64,000 bases of DNA from Macrostomum hystrix (taxonomy: Eukaryota > Animalia > Platyhelminthes), in the NCBI GenBank assembly GCA_950097015.1, contig CATNEN010000024.1, positions 1,116,001 through 1,180,000 on the forward strand, in the 5' to 3' direction. Under the pieces are notes generated by a model. That model was not told where the DNA came from and searched no databases. It saw only the letters and a list, made by a program, of their open reading frames with translations. This document shows positions 36,401 to 47,500 of the stretch, one piece after another. The number at the start of each line of letters is the position of its first letter. Within the stretch, counting starts at the first letter, position 1. Made by a program: the position numbers and the translations under genes.

Positions 36401-39400
36401 CCAAGATCCCTGAGCTTGATTTCGCGGCGAGGCCACATTCATTTGGGGCACAGCCGCGGAGAGAAGGCTTTGGGGCTTGTCGTGCAATTTACGCTCTTGA
36501 GGGCTAACCCCCAAGGCACAGTGAAGTGTACACTGCCAAACGGTGAGAAAGTCAGGACAGATGTACACACCTGCGTGCGTGTGTGCTCAGGAGTTAGCAA
36601 AATGGGCAGAATTGCCCTCCTTGCTGGCTGCAGGTCTAGTGTCACCAAATGATGTGCCATAACCGGCAGCCCTCCTGCAGTTATTATTATATTATTCTTC
36701 TTCCTTGCGTTACAGTCCCAGTCATAGGTAGCTGTAGCCTAGTTTTCAGAGAGCGTCGGACTCACGATTTGAAGGTCGGGGGTTCGAATCCTGACTCCAT
36801 TTGAACAATCTGTGCCATTTAGAAAGACACTTGACTCTGTATTGCTTCAACACACAGAAGCAAAAGCTGCGGCTGTGCTGTCGGCTGCACATCTGACCCA
36901 ACCGGGCGGGTGTTATCTATGATCATTATTAATTACATTGAGAAAGGAAATCAGTATATGAAGGCTCAGATCCTCATCACCGGTTATTCCAGGGTCGAGC
37001 CGGTCTCGGCAACATTTTCGTCTGGGCATCCGGCAACGGGGGCCAAAAATCAGATAGCTGCGCCTGCGACGGCTACACTAACAGCATCTATACACTGAGT
37101 GTTAGCAGCGTCAGCCAGCACAACAGCAAGCCCTGGTACCTGGAGGAGTGCGCCAGCACTTTAGCGTCAACCTACAGCAGCGGCGGCATCGGCGAGGCGC
37201 AAGTAGTGTCAACGGATCTCAACGGGCAGTGCACGAATGCCCACACTGGCACTTCAGCTTCCGCACCCATAGCTGCAGCAATCCTAGCCCTGGTGCTGGA
37301 GGCCAATCCCAAATTAACTTGGCGCGACGCTCAGCACATCACTGTGCTGGGAGCAGACTCCAGCTTCTTGCTTGACGCCGATTGGCTGCAGAATCAGGCC
37401 GGATTGAAATCGTCTAGAAAGTATGGCTTCGGTATGATGTCAGCCGAGCGGATGGTCCAATTAGCCAAGATGTGGACCAGACCGGTGCCAGCTCTGATTA
37501 ATTGTCCTGGCAAGCCTGTCATTGTGAATCGCAGCCTGCTGCCCAACGGTCCGCTTGTTGTGCCCGTTGCTAGTGACGCCTGCGGCGGCACTATTGGTAT
37601 GCTCGAATCTGTGAAGCTGCACGTTGACATGACAGCTACGTATCGGGGACAGTTAAAGGTGAGCAAGAACAGTTGGACCTTATCGGCTTTAGTGGGGCGC
37701 CTCTAGTGTGTGCTTTAGTGTGTGCTCAGGAGTCAGCGAAACGGACAGAAGTGCCTCCTCGCTGTCACCAAATGATGTGCCATTGCCCGCTGCCCTCCTG
37801 CAATTATTATTATTAACCTCATATCCGAAAACTTGATATCCTAAGCTTCATAGTCCCCAAGCTTTACAATCCACAAACTTCATGTCCCTAAACTTAATGT
37901 TCTCAAAAAAATTCTAATTCTTAAAAACTGAATGTTACCCAAATTTCACATTCCCTAAATCTTAAAATTCCCCAATATTTAAATTCCAAAAACTTCACCG
38001 TAAATGCTCCATTTCTCCCCATTCTATATTTCGTCATATACCTATCGCCATACATTCGCTGCTCTCAGGTGTGGCTAGTTTCGCCCGCCGGCACTCGTTC
38101 TCTACTCCTGGCGCCTCGCAGTTTAGACACTAACAATGGCGACTGCGGCTTTCAGCAATGGCCATTCATGTCGGTGCAATTTTGGCGCGAGCGACCCGCC
38201 GGCCAGTGGCAGGTGCTGATTGAGAATGTCGGCGGTTTATTGAACTCGGGCACAGTCAAGTCTGTCACGCTGGTGCTGCACGGCACAGCTGGCGAGCCTT
38301 TGAGCTTGAAGCGCGTCAGCGAGCCGCTGCCCGATTGGCTGGTGCCCTACAAGCACGCCATGGTGGTGAGTTGCACTGATGCTGATGTTCTCGATGTTCA
38401 AGATCAAGAAATTCTCACCCAGATCCCTGCAGATTGAGCAGTCACAGTACCCAGATCAGTCTCTCTGCTCAGATCCCCACAGATTGAGCAGTCACACTAC
38501 CCAGATCAGTCTCTCTGCTCAGATCCCCACAGATTGAGCAGCCACTCTACTCAGATCCCCACAGATTGAGCAGCCACTCTACACAGATCCACACAGATTG
38601 AGCAGCCACTCTACTCAGATCCACACAGATTGAGCAGTCACAGTACCCAGATCAGTCTCTCTGCTCAGATCCCACAGATTGAGCAGTCACACTACTTAGA
38701 TCCCCACAGATTGAGCAGCCACTCTACTCAGATCCCCACAGATTGAGCAGTCACACTACCCAGATCAGTCTCTCTGCTCAGATCCCCACAGATTGAGCAG
38801 CCACTCTACTCAGATCCCCACAGATTGAGCAGCCACTCTACTCAGATCCACACAGATTGAGCAGCCACTCTACTCAGATCCCACAGATTGAGCAGTCACA
38901 CTACCCAGATCAGTCTCTCTGCTCAGATCCCCACAGATTGAGCAGCCACTCTACTCAGATCCCCACAGATTGAGCAGCCACTCTACTCAGATCCACACAG
39001 ATTGAGCAGCCACTCTACTCAGATCCCACAGATTGAGCAGTCACACTACTTAGATCCACACAGATTGAGCAGCCACACTACTCAGATCCCCACAGATGCT
39101 GGTGGAGCTCAAGAATGGTGCTGAACCTCAACAGATGCTCAGAATAAATATAAAGCTTTAATAAATGATCTCATTGCAACAGGATGAATACCTGTGCCAC
39201 AGCAACTGTCGCAGCTGTCGCGGTCCTGGTCAGAACAACTGCACCAGCTGTAACCCGGGCCTTCTGCTGCTGCAGAACTTGAGTGTCTGCACAGCCGGCC
39301 CAGCCTGTCCGGCCGGTTATAGTCAGGTTGCTAATGGCAACGAGTGCACGCCTTGCCAGATGGCCAATTGCGTCGCCTGCCAGTCTGCCAACAATTGCCG

Positions 39401-40586
39401 CGCCTGCAAGCCCGGCAGTGGCCTGCTGGCAGCCGGCCAACTCGGCTGCGTATCCGACTGTCCGGACGGCTTCTATGCGGACAGGCTCACCGGACGCTGC
39501 CTAGCCTGCTATTCGGCCAACTGTACCAGGTGCTCGGGTCCGCGACAGTGCAGCCGGTGTCAGCCTGACCATCTGCTGCTGGCTGGCATGGATTGTCCAT
39601 CGGCCTGTCCCGCTGGCCGAGCGTTCTATCCCGATAGCGCCGGCCGGGCCTGCCTGCCCTGTTCGGACAATTGTGACAGCTGCTCCGGGCCAGGCTACAA
39701 CAACTGCCAGGCCTGCCGACCTCCGCTAGTACCCCTGCTGCTCAGCCCCGGCCTTGGAAATCGTTGCGTTGAACTGCCCCGGCTAGTTGGCAATAAGTCT
39801 ATGGCAATCGCCTGCCAGCCAGCCATTCAGGGCTGCGTTTCCTGCCTAGCCAATGTCAGCGGCTCCGCGTGCGCAGCCTGCGCCAGCGGCGGCCTCAGCC
39901 TGCTGCACAATGGCCGATGCTTATCAACCTGTCCGAAAGGTCTTCGGGCTTGTCCTCGCCCAGACGGCAGCGGTGGCGTCTGCGTCGCCTGCTCCAGCTG
40001 TTCGCCAGACGATTGCAGCTCCCTTCCAGGCCTCAGATGCGGGCTTGGAAGCTACGCGACAGCCGAGGGCGCCTGTGGCAAGTGTCATCCGGACTGTCGC
40101 AGTTGTCGCGGCCCCGGCCCAGGCGACTGTGTGTCCTGCCGACGCGGAGAAGCCTGCATGCTGCTGACCCCGGCTCCAATACTCGGCGCCCAGCGCACTT
40201 TCTATGGCCAATGCCTTCGCTGCTGCGAGCCGGGTGTCTCCGCGCTCACATATCCGTCTCCATCGGCTAACAGCTGCGTGCACTGCCAGCCAGGCGAAGA
40301 TTCCTGCCTAGCTCTAGCAGCAACTGACAGCCCCGCGACAACAGTGCCCACAATTGACACTGACGCTGATATCAATGCGGATGCTCAGAGAGTACTGTAC
40401 GCACTGCTGTGCATTGCTACAGTTGTAGTGATTGTCTGCCTACTGGCCTACTGCCTGTGCGCCTCCGCTAACAGTCACGACCTGCCGCGTCAAAGGACGG
40501 CCAGCTATTCTCCGCTTGGTCAGGAATCGCCAGACAAAGCAATCAATGCAGCGGATTTGGCCAGCGGAGTCAACACCAAGTTATAG
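33447..40586 (+). CDS. Subtilisin/kexin proprotein convertase with Cys-rich domain and transmembrane anchor (furin-2/PCSK5-like), about 1068 aa
   Basis: Exons 33447-34024, 35040-35128, 36107-36279, 36993-37658, 38069-38365, 39183-40586 (3207 nt). Signal peptide, prodomain ending RVKR, triad ILDDG / KHGTRCAGE / GTSASAP, oxyanion WASGNGG, P-domain, furin-like Cys repeats, [24 protein letters not shown], cytosolic YSPL. Confidence 0.95.
34102..34375 (+). mobile_element. tRNA-derived SINE family A, copy 2 (central domain partly duplicated)
   Basis: A-box TAGCCAAGTGG, B-box-like GGTTCCATTCC; TTTGTG(T/C)CCTT..AGCAAGACA(A/C)TTAACTCT occurs twice. Confidence 0.75.
35157..35525. repeat. 15-bp minisatellite, about 24 units, convertase intron 2
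   Basis: Unit TTGACTTTCTGTGG(G/A). Confidence 0.96.
35530..35979. repeat. 33-bp minisatellite, about 13-14 near-identical units, convertase intron 2
   Basis: Unit GAGGTGAGACTGAAGTATCTGTACCCACTGCAG; one unit has TAG in place of GAG. Confidence 0.97.
36355..36697 (+). mobile_element. SINE family B, near full-length copy with (TTA)n tail
   Basis: tRNA-like head GGGGCAGAGCGGTTAACGCG. 3' part GTGTGCTCAGGAGT..GTCACCAAATGATGTGCCAT..GCCCTCCTGCAG-TTATTATTA is shared with 37718-37814. Confidence 0.65.
36727..36910 (+). mobile_element. tRNA-derived SINE family A, copy 3
   Basis: A-box-like GTAGCCTAGT, B-box GGTTCGAATCC, AGAAAGACACTTGACTCTGTATTG, 3' GCTGTGCTGTCGGCTGCACATCTGACCCAA. Confidence 0.75.
37718..37814 (+). 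mobile_element. SINE family B, 3' fragment
   Basis: Matches 36580-36697, including the ATTATTATTA tail. Confidence 0.65.
38416..39097. repeat. 32/50-bp composite minisatellite filling convertase intron 5
   Basis: Units AGATTGAGCAGCCACTCTACTCAGATCCCCAC and a longer variant containing CAGATCAGTCTCTCTGCT. Confidence 0.95.
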
Positions 40587-41159
40587 ATTCTGTTTATAGT
40601 GCTTAAATCTGTTTTTATTAAGTGTCTAAAGGCCTGTAGATTACACCTTAGGTTTCATTTGTTGCCAGGGTTATGCCATAGACGATAATATTATTACAGA
40701 ATCCAGCAAGACTGAGAAGCTCATTGACAATGCACTATTCCCAGGTTTATGAAGCTATCCTCTGCAGTCCGAGTAAGCTTGCTCAGGTCATTAATTATTC
40801 AGTTAAAAATCTAATTACAAAATGGCTCATTTGCAAGTCTTTAGTGCTTCCAATTCTGTATGCCCACTATACTGTAGTGTGAAAGTTATGATTAATATAT
40901 TTATAATTGTGTCCCCATAAATACAGTATGCACAAGTAATATATAATATAGCATATATAATATAACAAAGAGTGTGCCACGCGCTTCATTAGAAATCACT
41001 GTGCCTGTTAATTAACTAATAATATTTTTTTCGCTGATTGACCTCCGCGTTCTTATTGCCATATTGATATTACAGGTAGTCGCTGAATATTTTAAATTTG
41101 TATGATTTCTGTTATTATTGTTCCCATGTACTTTCATTCTACCTTGCGAATGACGAATG

Positions 41160-42200
41160 AAAATATTTCTAAGAAACTAGTCAAAAAGGCTAGAAGGTAC
41201 TCTAAAATATTTCTAAGAAACCAGTCAAAAAGGCTAGAAGGTATTCTAAAATATTTCTAAGAAACCAGTCAAAAAGGCTAGAAGGTACTCTAAAATATTT
41301 CTAAGAAACCAGTCGAAAAGGCTAGAAGGTATTCTAAAATGTTTCTAAGAAACCAGTCAAAAAGGCTAGAAGGTACTCTAAAATATTTCTAAGAAACCAG
41401 TCAAAAAGGCTAGAAGGTATTCTAAAATATTTCTAAGAAACCAGTCAAAAAGGCTAGAAGGTACTCTAAAATATTTCTAAGAAACCAGTCAAAAAGGCCA
41501 GAAGGTACTCTAAAATATTTCTAAGAAACCAGTCAAAAAGGCTAGAAGGTACTCTAAAATATTTCTAAGAAACCAGTCAAAAAGGCCAGAAGGCACTCTA
41601 AAATATTTCTAAGAAACCAGTCAAAAAGGCCAGAAGGTACTCTAAAATGTTTCTAAGAAACCAGTCAAAAATGCTAGAAGGTACTCTAAAATATTTCTAA
41701 GAAACCAGTCAAAAAGGCTAGAAGGTACTCTAAAATATTTCTAAGAAACCAGTCAAAAAGGCCAGAAGGTACTCTAAAATATTTCTAAGAAACCAGTCAA
41801 AAAGGCTAGAAGGTACTCTAAAATATTTCTAAGAAACCAGTCAAAAAGGCTAGAAGGTATTCTAAAATATTTCTAAGAAACCAGTCAAAAAGGCTAGAAG
41901 GTACTCTAAAATGTTTCTAAGAAACCAGTCAAAAAGGCTAGAAGGTACTCTAAAATGTTTCTAAGAAACCAGTCAAAAAGGCTAGAAGGTGTTCTAAAAT
42001 ATTTCTAAGAAACCAGTCAAAAAGGCTAGAAGGTACTCTAAAATATTTCTAAGAAACCAGTCAAAAAGGCTAGACGGTACTCTAAAATATTTCTAAGAAA
42101 CCAGTCAAAAAGGCCAGAAGGTACTCTAAAATATTTCTAAGAAACCAGTCAAAAAGGCTAGAAGGTACTCTAAAATATTTCTAAGAAACCAGTCAAAAAG
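41160..42200. repeat. 44-bp minisatellite, about 23 units, with degenerate right flank to about 42360
   Basis: Unit AAAATATTTCTAAGAAACCAGTCAAAAAGGCTAGAAGGTACTCT. Confidence 0.96.
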
Positions 42201-42779
42201 CCGAGAAACTACTTTAGTATTTTATAAGAAGCATTTCAAAAAAGCCGACAGTCTGCTCTAAAATCTTTCCTAGAAACCGACGGTAAAGCCGAGAAACGAC
42301 TCGAAATATTTTCTAAGAAACCGACTATAGGCCGTAAAATCTTCAGGAACTTTCCAAGAATCAATTAAATAGAAAATAAATTGGAAAGTGTCTAAGGTAC
42401 TTTATCGCCGCGCCAAAAAATGTTCTTAATTGTGCATGTAGAATCGTCCATTTGACATGTTGCTAATGGTTTTCTTCTGTCATATGTCGGTAACTGCTAT
42501 TGTGAAATATATTCTAGTCTCCGATTTAGCATGCAACCTAGATTTTTCCTTTATTTTTCGTGTCGCGTGTTTTTTAATGATTTAATACCCATTGCGCGAT
42601 ATTCGAACACTCATTCTAGATGCACATTTGAATATTTATATTTCTGTAACTTACTGTACATTGGTTAGCAAATTCTGTTAAAATTAATTTTCAGTTTTAA
42701 ATCCCTGATTTGGATAAGTTTGGTGCTGGATTCAAGAGTTCTTCAGACTTGTATCGAGTCTCACTTATAGACTCTCACT

Positions 42780-43920
42780 GTAGAATCCCACAAATCCTTT
42801 TAGAGTCTCGACTAATCCCTTTAGAATCCCCACCAATCACTGTCTAATCCCCACAAATCCCAGTACAATCCCCCAAGTCCCTTTAGAATCCCCTCAAGTC
42901 CCTGTAGAATCCCCTCAAGTCCCTATAGAATCCCCACATGTCCCCGTAGAATCCCCACATGTCCCTGTAGAATCCCCTTAAGTCCCTGTAGAATCCCCTT
43001 AAGTCCCTGTAGAATCCCACAAGTCCCTGTAGAATACCCGCAAGTCCCTGTAAAATCCCCACATGTCCCTAGAATCCTAACATGTCCCTGTAGAATCCCG
43101 CAAGTCCCTGTAGAATCCCCTCTAATCCTTGTAGAATCCCCACAAGTCCCCGTAGAATCCCCACATGTCCCTGTAGAATCCAACAAGTCCCTGTAGAATC
43201 CCCGCAAGTCCCTGTAAAATCCCCACATGTCCCTAGAATCCTAACATGTCCCTGTAGAATCCCCGCAAGTCCCTGTAGAATCCCCTCTAATCCTTGTAGA
43301 ATCCCCACAAGTCCCTGTAGAATCCCAACAAGTCCCTGTAGAATCCCAAAGAGTACCTGTAAAATCCCCACAAGTCCCTAGAATCCCAACATGTCCCTGT
43401 AGAATCCCCGCAAGTCCCTGTTGAATCCCCTCTAATCCTTGTAGAATCCCCGCAAGTCCCTGTAGAATCCCCGCAAGTCCTTGTAGAATCCCCGCAAGTC
43501 CTTGTAGAATCCCCTCTAATCCCTGTAGAATCCCTGCAAGTCCTTGTAGAATCCCCGCAAGTCCTTGTAGAATCCCCTCTAATCCTTGTAGAATCCCCGC
43601 AAGTCCTTGTAGAATCCCCTCTAATCCTTGTAGAATCCCCGCAAGTCCTTGTAGAATCCCCGCAAGTCCTTGTAGAATCCCCTCTAATCCTTGTAGAATC
43701 CCCGCAAGTCCTTGTAGAATCCCCTCTAATCCTTGTAGAATCCCCGCAAGTCCTTGTAGAATCCCCTCTAATCCTTGCAGAATCCCCTCTAATCCTTGTA
43801 GAATCCCCGCAAGTCCCTGTAGAATCCCCTCTAATCCTTGTAGAATCCCCGCAAGTCCCTGTAGAATCCCCTCTAATCCTTGTAGAATCCCCGCAAGTCC
43901 CTGTAGAATCCCCTCAAGTC
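42780..43920. repeat. About 21-bp minisatellite
   Basis: Units TGTAGAATCCCCGCAAGTCCC and TGTAGAATCCCCTCTAATCCT. Confidence 0.95.
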
Positions 43921-44261
43921 ACAGTTCAATTCTGATAACTCCTGTTGTGTTCATGCACATACTTTCAGTGCCTTACTTATTATTTTGTTAATTAGAAAAC
44001 TTTGTGTCTGGTTTGATTGTCCTGATTTTTATTTGTTATTAGTTGAGCCTGATTGACTATCCTGGAATATGCTCGCATTTCTTTCAAATGAACATGTGCT
44101 CTTTGTAACTTTCTGATCTAATTTGTTGAATCTATTTATTGTATCATTGCCCCAATAATACAATTCATACTAAATTAGATTTCGAATCAATAATGGCGAT
44201 TTTATTTCCTACTTTGTTTTAACTTTTATTTTCATTCACGCCCGTTTCACCTTATTTCGCA

Positions 44262-44472
44262 CAAAATCTCACCCTTGAGTCTCCAGCCACAAAATCTCAC
44301 CCTTGAATCTCCAGCCACAAAATCTCATCCTTGAGTCTCCAGCCACAAAATCTTACCCTTGAGTCTCCAGCCACGAAATCTCACCCTTGAGTCTCCAGCC
44401 ACAAAATCTCACCCTTGAATCTCCAGCCACAAAATCTCATCCTTGAGTCTCCAGCCACGAAATCTCACCCTT
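44262..44472. repeat. 28-bp minisatellite, about 7 units
   Basis: Unit CACAAAATCTCACCCTTGAGTCTCCAGC. Confidence 0.93.
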
Positions 44473-44596
44473 GATAATTTCAACAGCCATTTTTAACTGC
44501 AGCTACCAACGCAACCACGTTGGATTCCGAGCTCTGCTGAAGTGTCAGGACCAGAAGCAACAGCAGCAGCAGCAGATTTCCAGGTCTTCCGCTGAC

Positions 44597-47500
44597 ATGT
44601 ACTCAGTCGAAGATGCCGACTCCGACGACAAGGAGGCTCTGATTGGCCGCAACGGCTTCGCTGACAACAACAATCATCGCCGACGTCTGCCGCCCCGTCG
44701 GAAGAAGAAGAGAGGCGGCTTGCCAGACGACGCCTCAGCGGCTGCGGCGGCGTCTGCTGCGACCTCGTCACGTTGTTGCTCCGCGAGTCGCGCTTTCGAC
44801 CTACACGCCGGCATGATTGTCGCCGGCTTAGCCTGCGGCCTCGCGTTGGGCATGCCGGGCCCGACCCTGCTGGCTCTTGAGCGTTCCACCGGCTCCAGAG
44901 AGGACCAGGTTGTCCTGCTGTTCGCCGGCCGAGCCGTTGGCGGTCTTGGCGGCGCCCTGCTAGGCCGCTTCCTGGCCGAGTTCGCCTCGCCCCGTGTCCT
45001 AGCCTCGGTTGGCCTGGCTGGAGCCTCCATTGGCAGCCTGCTGGTACTGCTCTGCGACAAGATCTGGTCACTGATGCCGGCTTTTGCTGTTCAGGTTCGT
45101 GGATTACCTGACTTGGATTCATTATTGGATTGCTAGTCTAGCCTGTGTGTGAAGGGATTGGATTGCTAGTCTTGCCTGTGTGTGAAGGGATTGGATTGCT
45201 AGTCTTGCCTGTGTGTGAAGGGATTGGATTGCTAGTCTTGCCTGTGTGTGAAGGGATTGGATTGCTAGTCTTGCCTGTGTGTGAAGGGATTGGATTGCTA
45301 GTCTAGCCTGTGTGTGAAGGGATTGGATTGCTAGTCTAGCCTGTGTGTGAAGGGATTGGATTGCTAGTCTTGCCTGTGTGTGAAGGGATTGGTTTGCTAG
45401 TCTTGCCTGTGTGTGAAGGGATTGGATTGCTAGTCTAGCCTGTGTGTGAAGGGATTGGATTGCTAGCCTAGCCTTATGTATGAAGGGATTGGATTGCTAG
45501 TCTAGCCTGTGTGTGAAGGGATTGGATTGCTAGTCTAGCCTGTGTGTGAAGGGATTGGATTGCTAGTCTTGCCTGTGTGTGAAGGGATTGGATTGCTAGT
45601 CTAGCCTGTGTGTGAAGGGATTGGATTGCTAGTCTAGCCTGTGTGTGAAGGGATTGGATTGCTAGCCTAGCCTTATGTATGAAGGGATTGGATTGCTAGT
45701 CTTGCCTGTGTGTGAAGGGATTGGATTGCTAGTCTAGCCTGTGTGTGAAGGGATTGGATTGCTAGCCTAGCCTGTGTGTGAAGGGATTGGATTGCTAGCC
45801 TAGCCTTATGTATGAAGGGATTGGATTGCTAGTCTAGCCTGTGTGTGAAGGGATTGGATTGCTAGCCTAGCCTGTGTGTGAAGGGATTGGATTGCTAGCC
45901 TAGCCTTATGTATGAAGGGATTGGATTGCTAGTCTAGCCTGTGTGTGAAGGGATTGGATTTCTAGCCTAGCCTTATGTATGAAGGGATTGGATTGCTAGC
46001 CTAGCCTTATGTATGAAGGGATTGGATTGCTAGTCTAGCCTGTGTGTGAAGGGATTGGATTGCTAGCCTAGCCTTGTGTATGAAGGGATTGGATTGCTAG
46101 TCTAGGCTTATGTATGAAGGGATTGGATTGCTAGTCTAGCCTGTGTGTGAGGGGATTGGATTGCTAGCCTGCCTTATGTATGAAGGGATTGAATTGCTAG
46201 CCTAGCCTTATGTATGAAGGGATTGGATTGCTAGTCTTGCCTGTGTGTGAAGGGATTGGATTGCTAGTCTTGCCTGTGTGTGAAGGGATTGGATTGCTAG
46301 TCTTGCCTGTGTGTGAAGGGATTGGATTGCTAGTCTTGCCTGTGTGTGAAGGGATTGGATTGCTAGTCTTGCCTGTGTGTGAAGGGATTGGATTGCTAGT
46401 CTTGCCTGTGTGTGAAGGGATTGGATTGCTAGTCTTGCCTGTGTGTGAAGGGATTGGATTGCTAGTCTAGCCTGTGTGTGAAGGGATTGGATTGCTAGTC
46501 TTGCCTGTGTGTGAAGGGATTGGTTTGCTAGTCTTGCCTGTGTGTGAAGGGATTGGATTGCTAGTCTTGCCTGTGTGTGAAGGGATTGGATTGCTAGTCT
46601 AGCCTGTGTGTGAAGGGATTGGATTGCTAGCCTAGCCTTATGTATGAAGGGATTGGATTGCTAGTCTAGCCTGTGTGTGAAGGGATTGGATTGCTAGTCT
46701 AGCCTGTGTGTGAAGGGATTGGATTGCTAGTCTTGCCTGTGTGTGAAGGGATTGGATTGCTAGTCTAGCCTGTGTGTGAAGGGATTGGATTGCTAGTCTA
46801 GCCTGTGTGTGAAGGGATTGGATTGCTAGCCTAGCCTTATGTATGAAGGGATTGGATTGCTAGTCTTGCCTGTGTGTGAAGGGATTGGATTGCTAGTCTA
46901 GCCTGTGTGTGAAGGGATTGGATTGCTAGCCTAGCCTGTGTGTGAAGGGATTGGATTGCTAGCCTAGCCTTATGTATGAAGGGATTGGATTGCTAGTCTA
47001 GCCTGTGTGTGAAGGGATTGGATTGCTAGCCTAGCCTGTGTGTGAAGGGATTGGATTGCTAGCCTAGCCTTATGTATGAAGGGATTGGATTGCTAGTCTA
47101 GCCTGTGTGTGAAGGGATTGGATTTCTAGCCTAGCCTTATGTATGAAGGGATTGGATTGCTAGCCTAGCCTTATGTATGAAGGGATTGGATTGCTAGTCT
47201 AGCCTGTGTGTGAAGGGATTGGATTGCTAGCCTAGCCTTGTGTATGAAGGGATTGGATTGCTAGTCTAGGCTTATGTATGAAGGGATTGGATTGCTAGTC
47301 TAGCCTGTGTGTGAGGGGATTGGATTGCTAGCCTGCCTTATGTATGAAGGGATTGAATTGCTAGCCTAGCCTTATGTATGAAGGGATTGGATTGCTAGTC
47401 TGGCCTGTGTGTGAAGGGACTGGATTTCTAGCCTAGCCTTATGTATGCAGGGATTGGATTGCTAGCCTAGCCTTATGTATTGGATTGCTAGTTTAGCCTG

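Noticed and set aside
42923-43371. GILQGL-repeat ORFs
   Set aside because: Translation of the 21-bp minisatellite; no unique sequence or splice support.
44493-45122. Antisense ORFs over MFS, convertase, PP2C and FBF1 exons
   Set aside because: Expected shadows of GC-rich coding sequence with biased codon usage.
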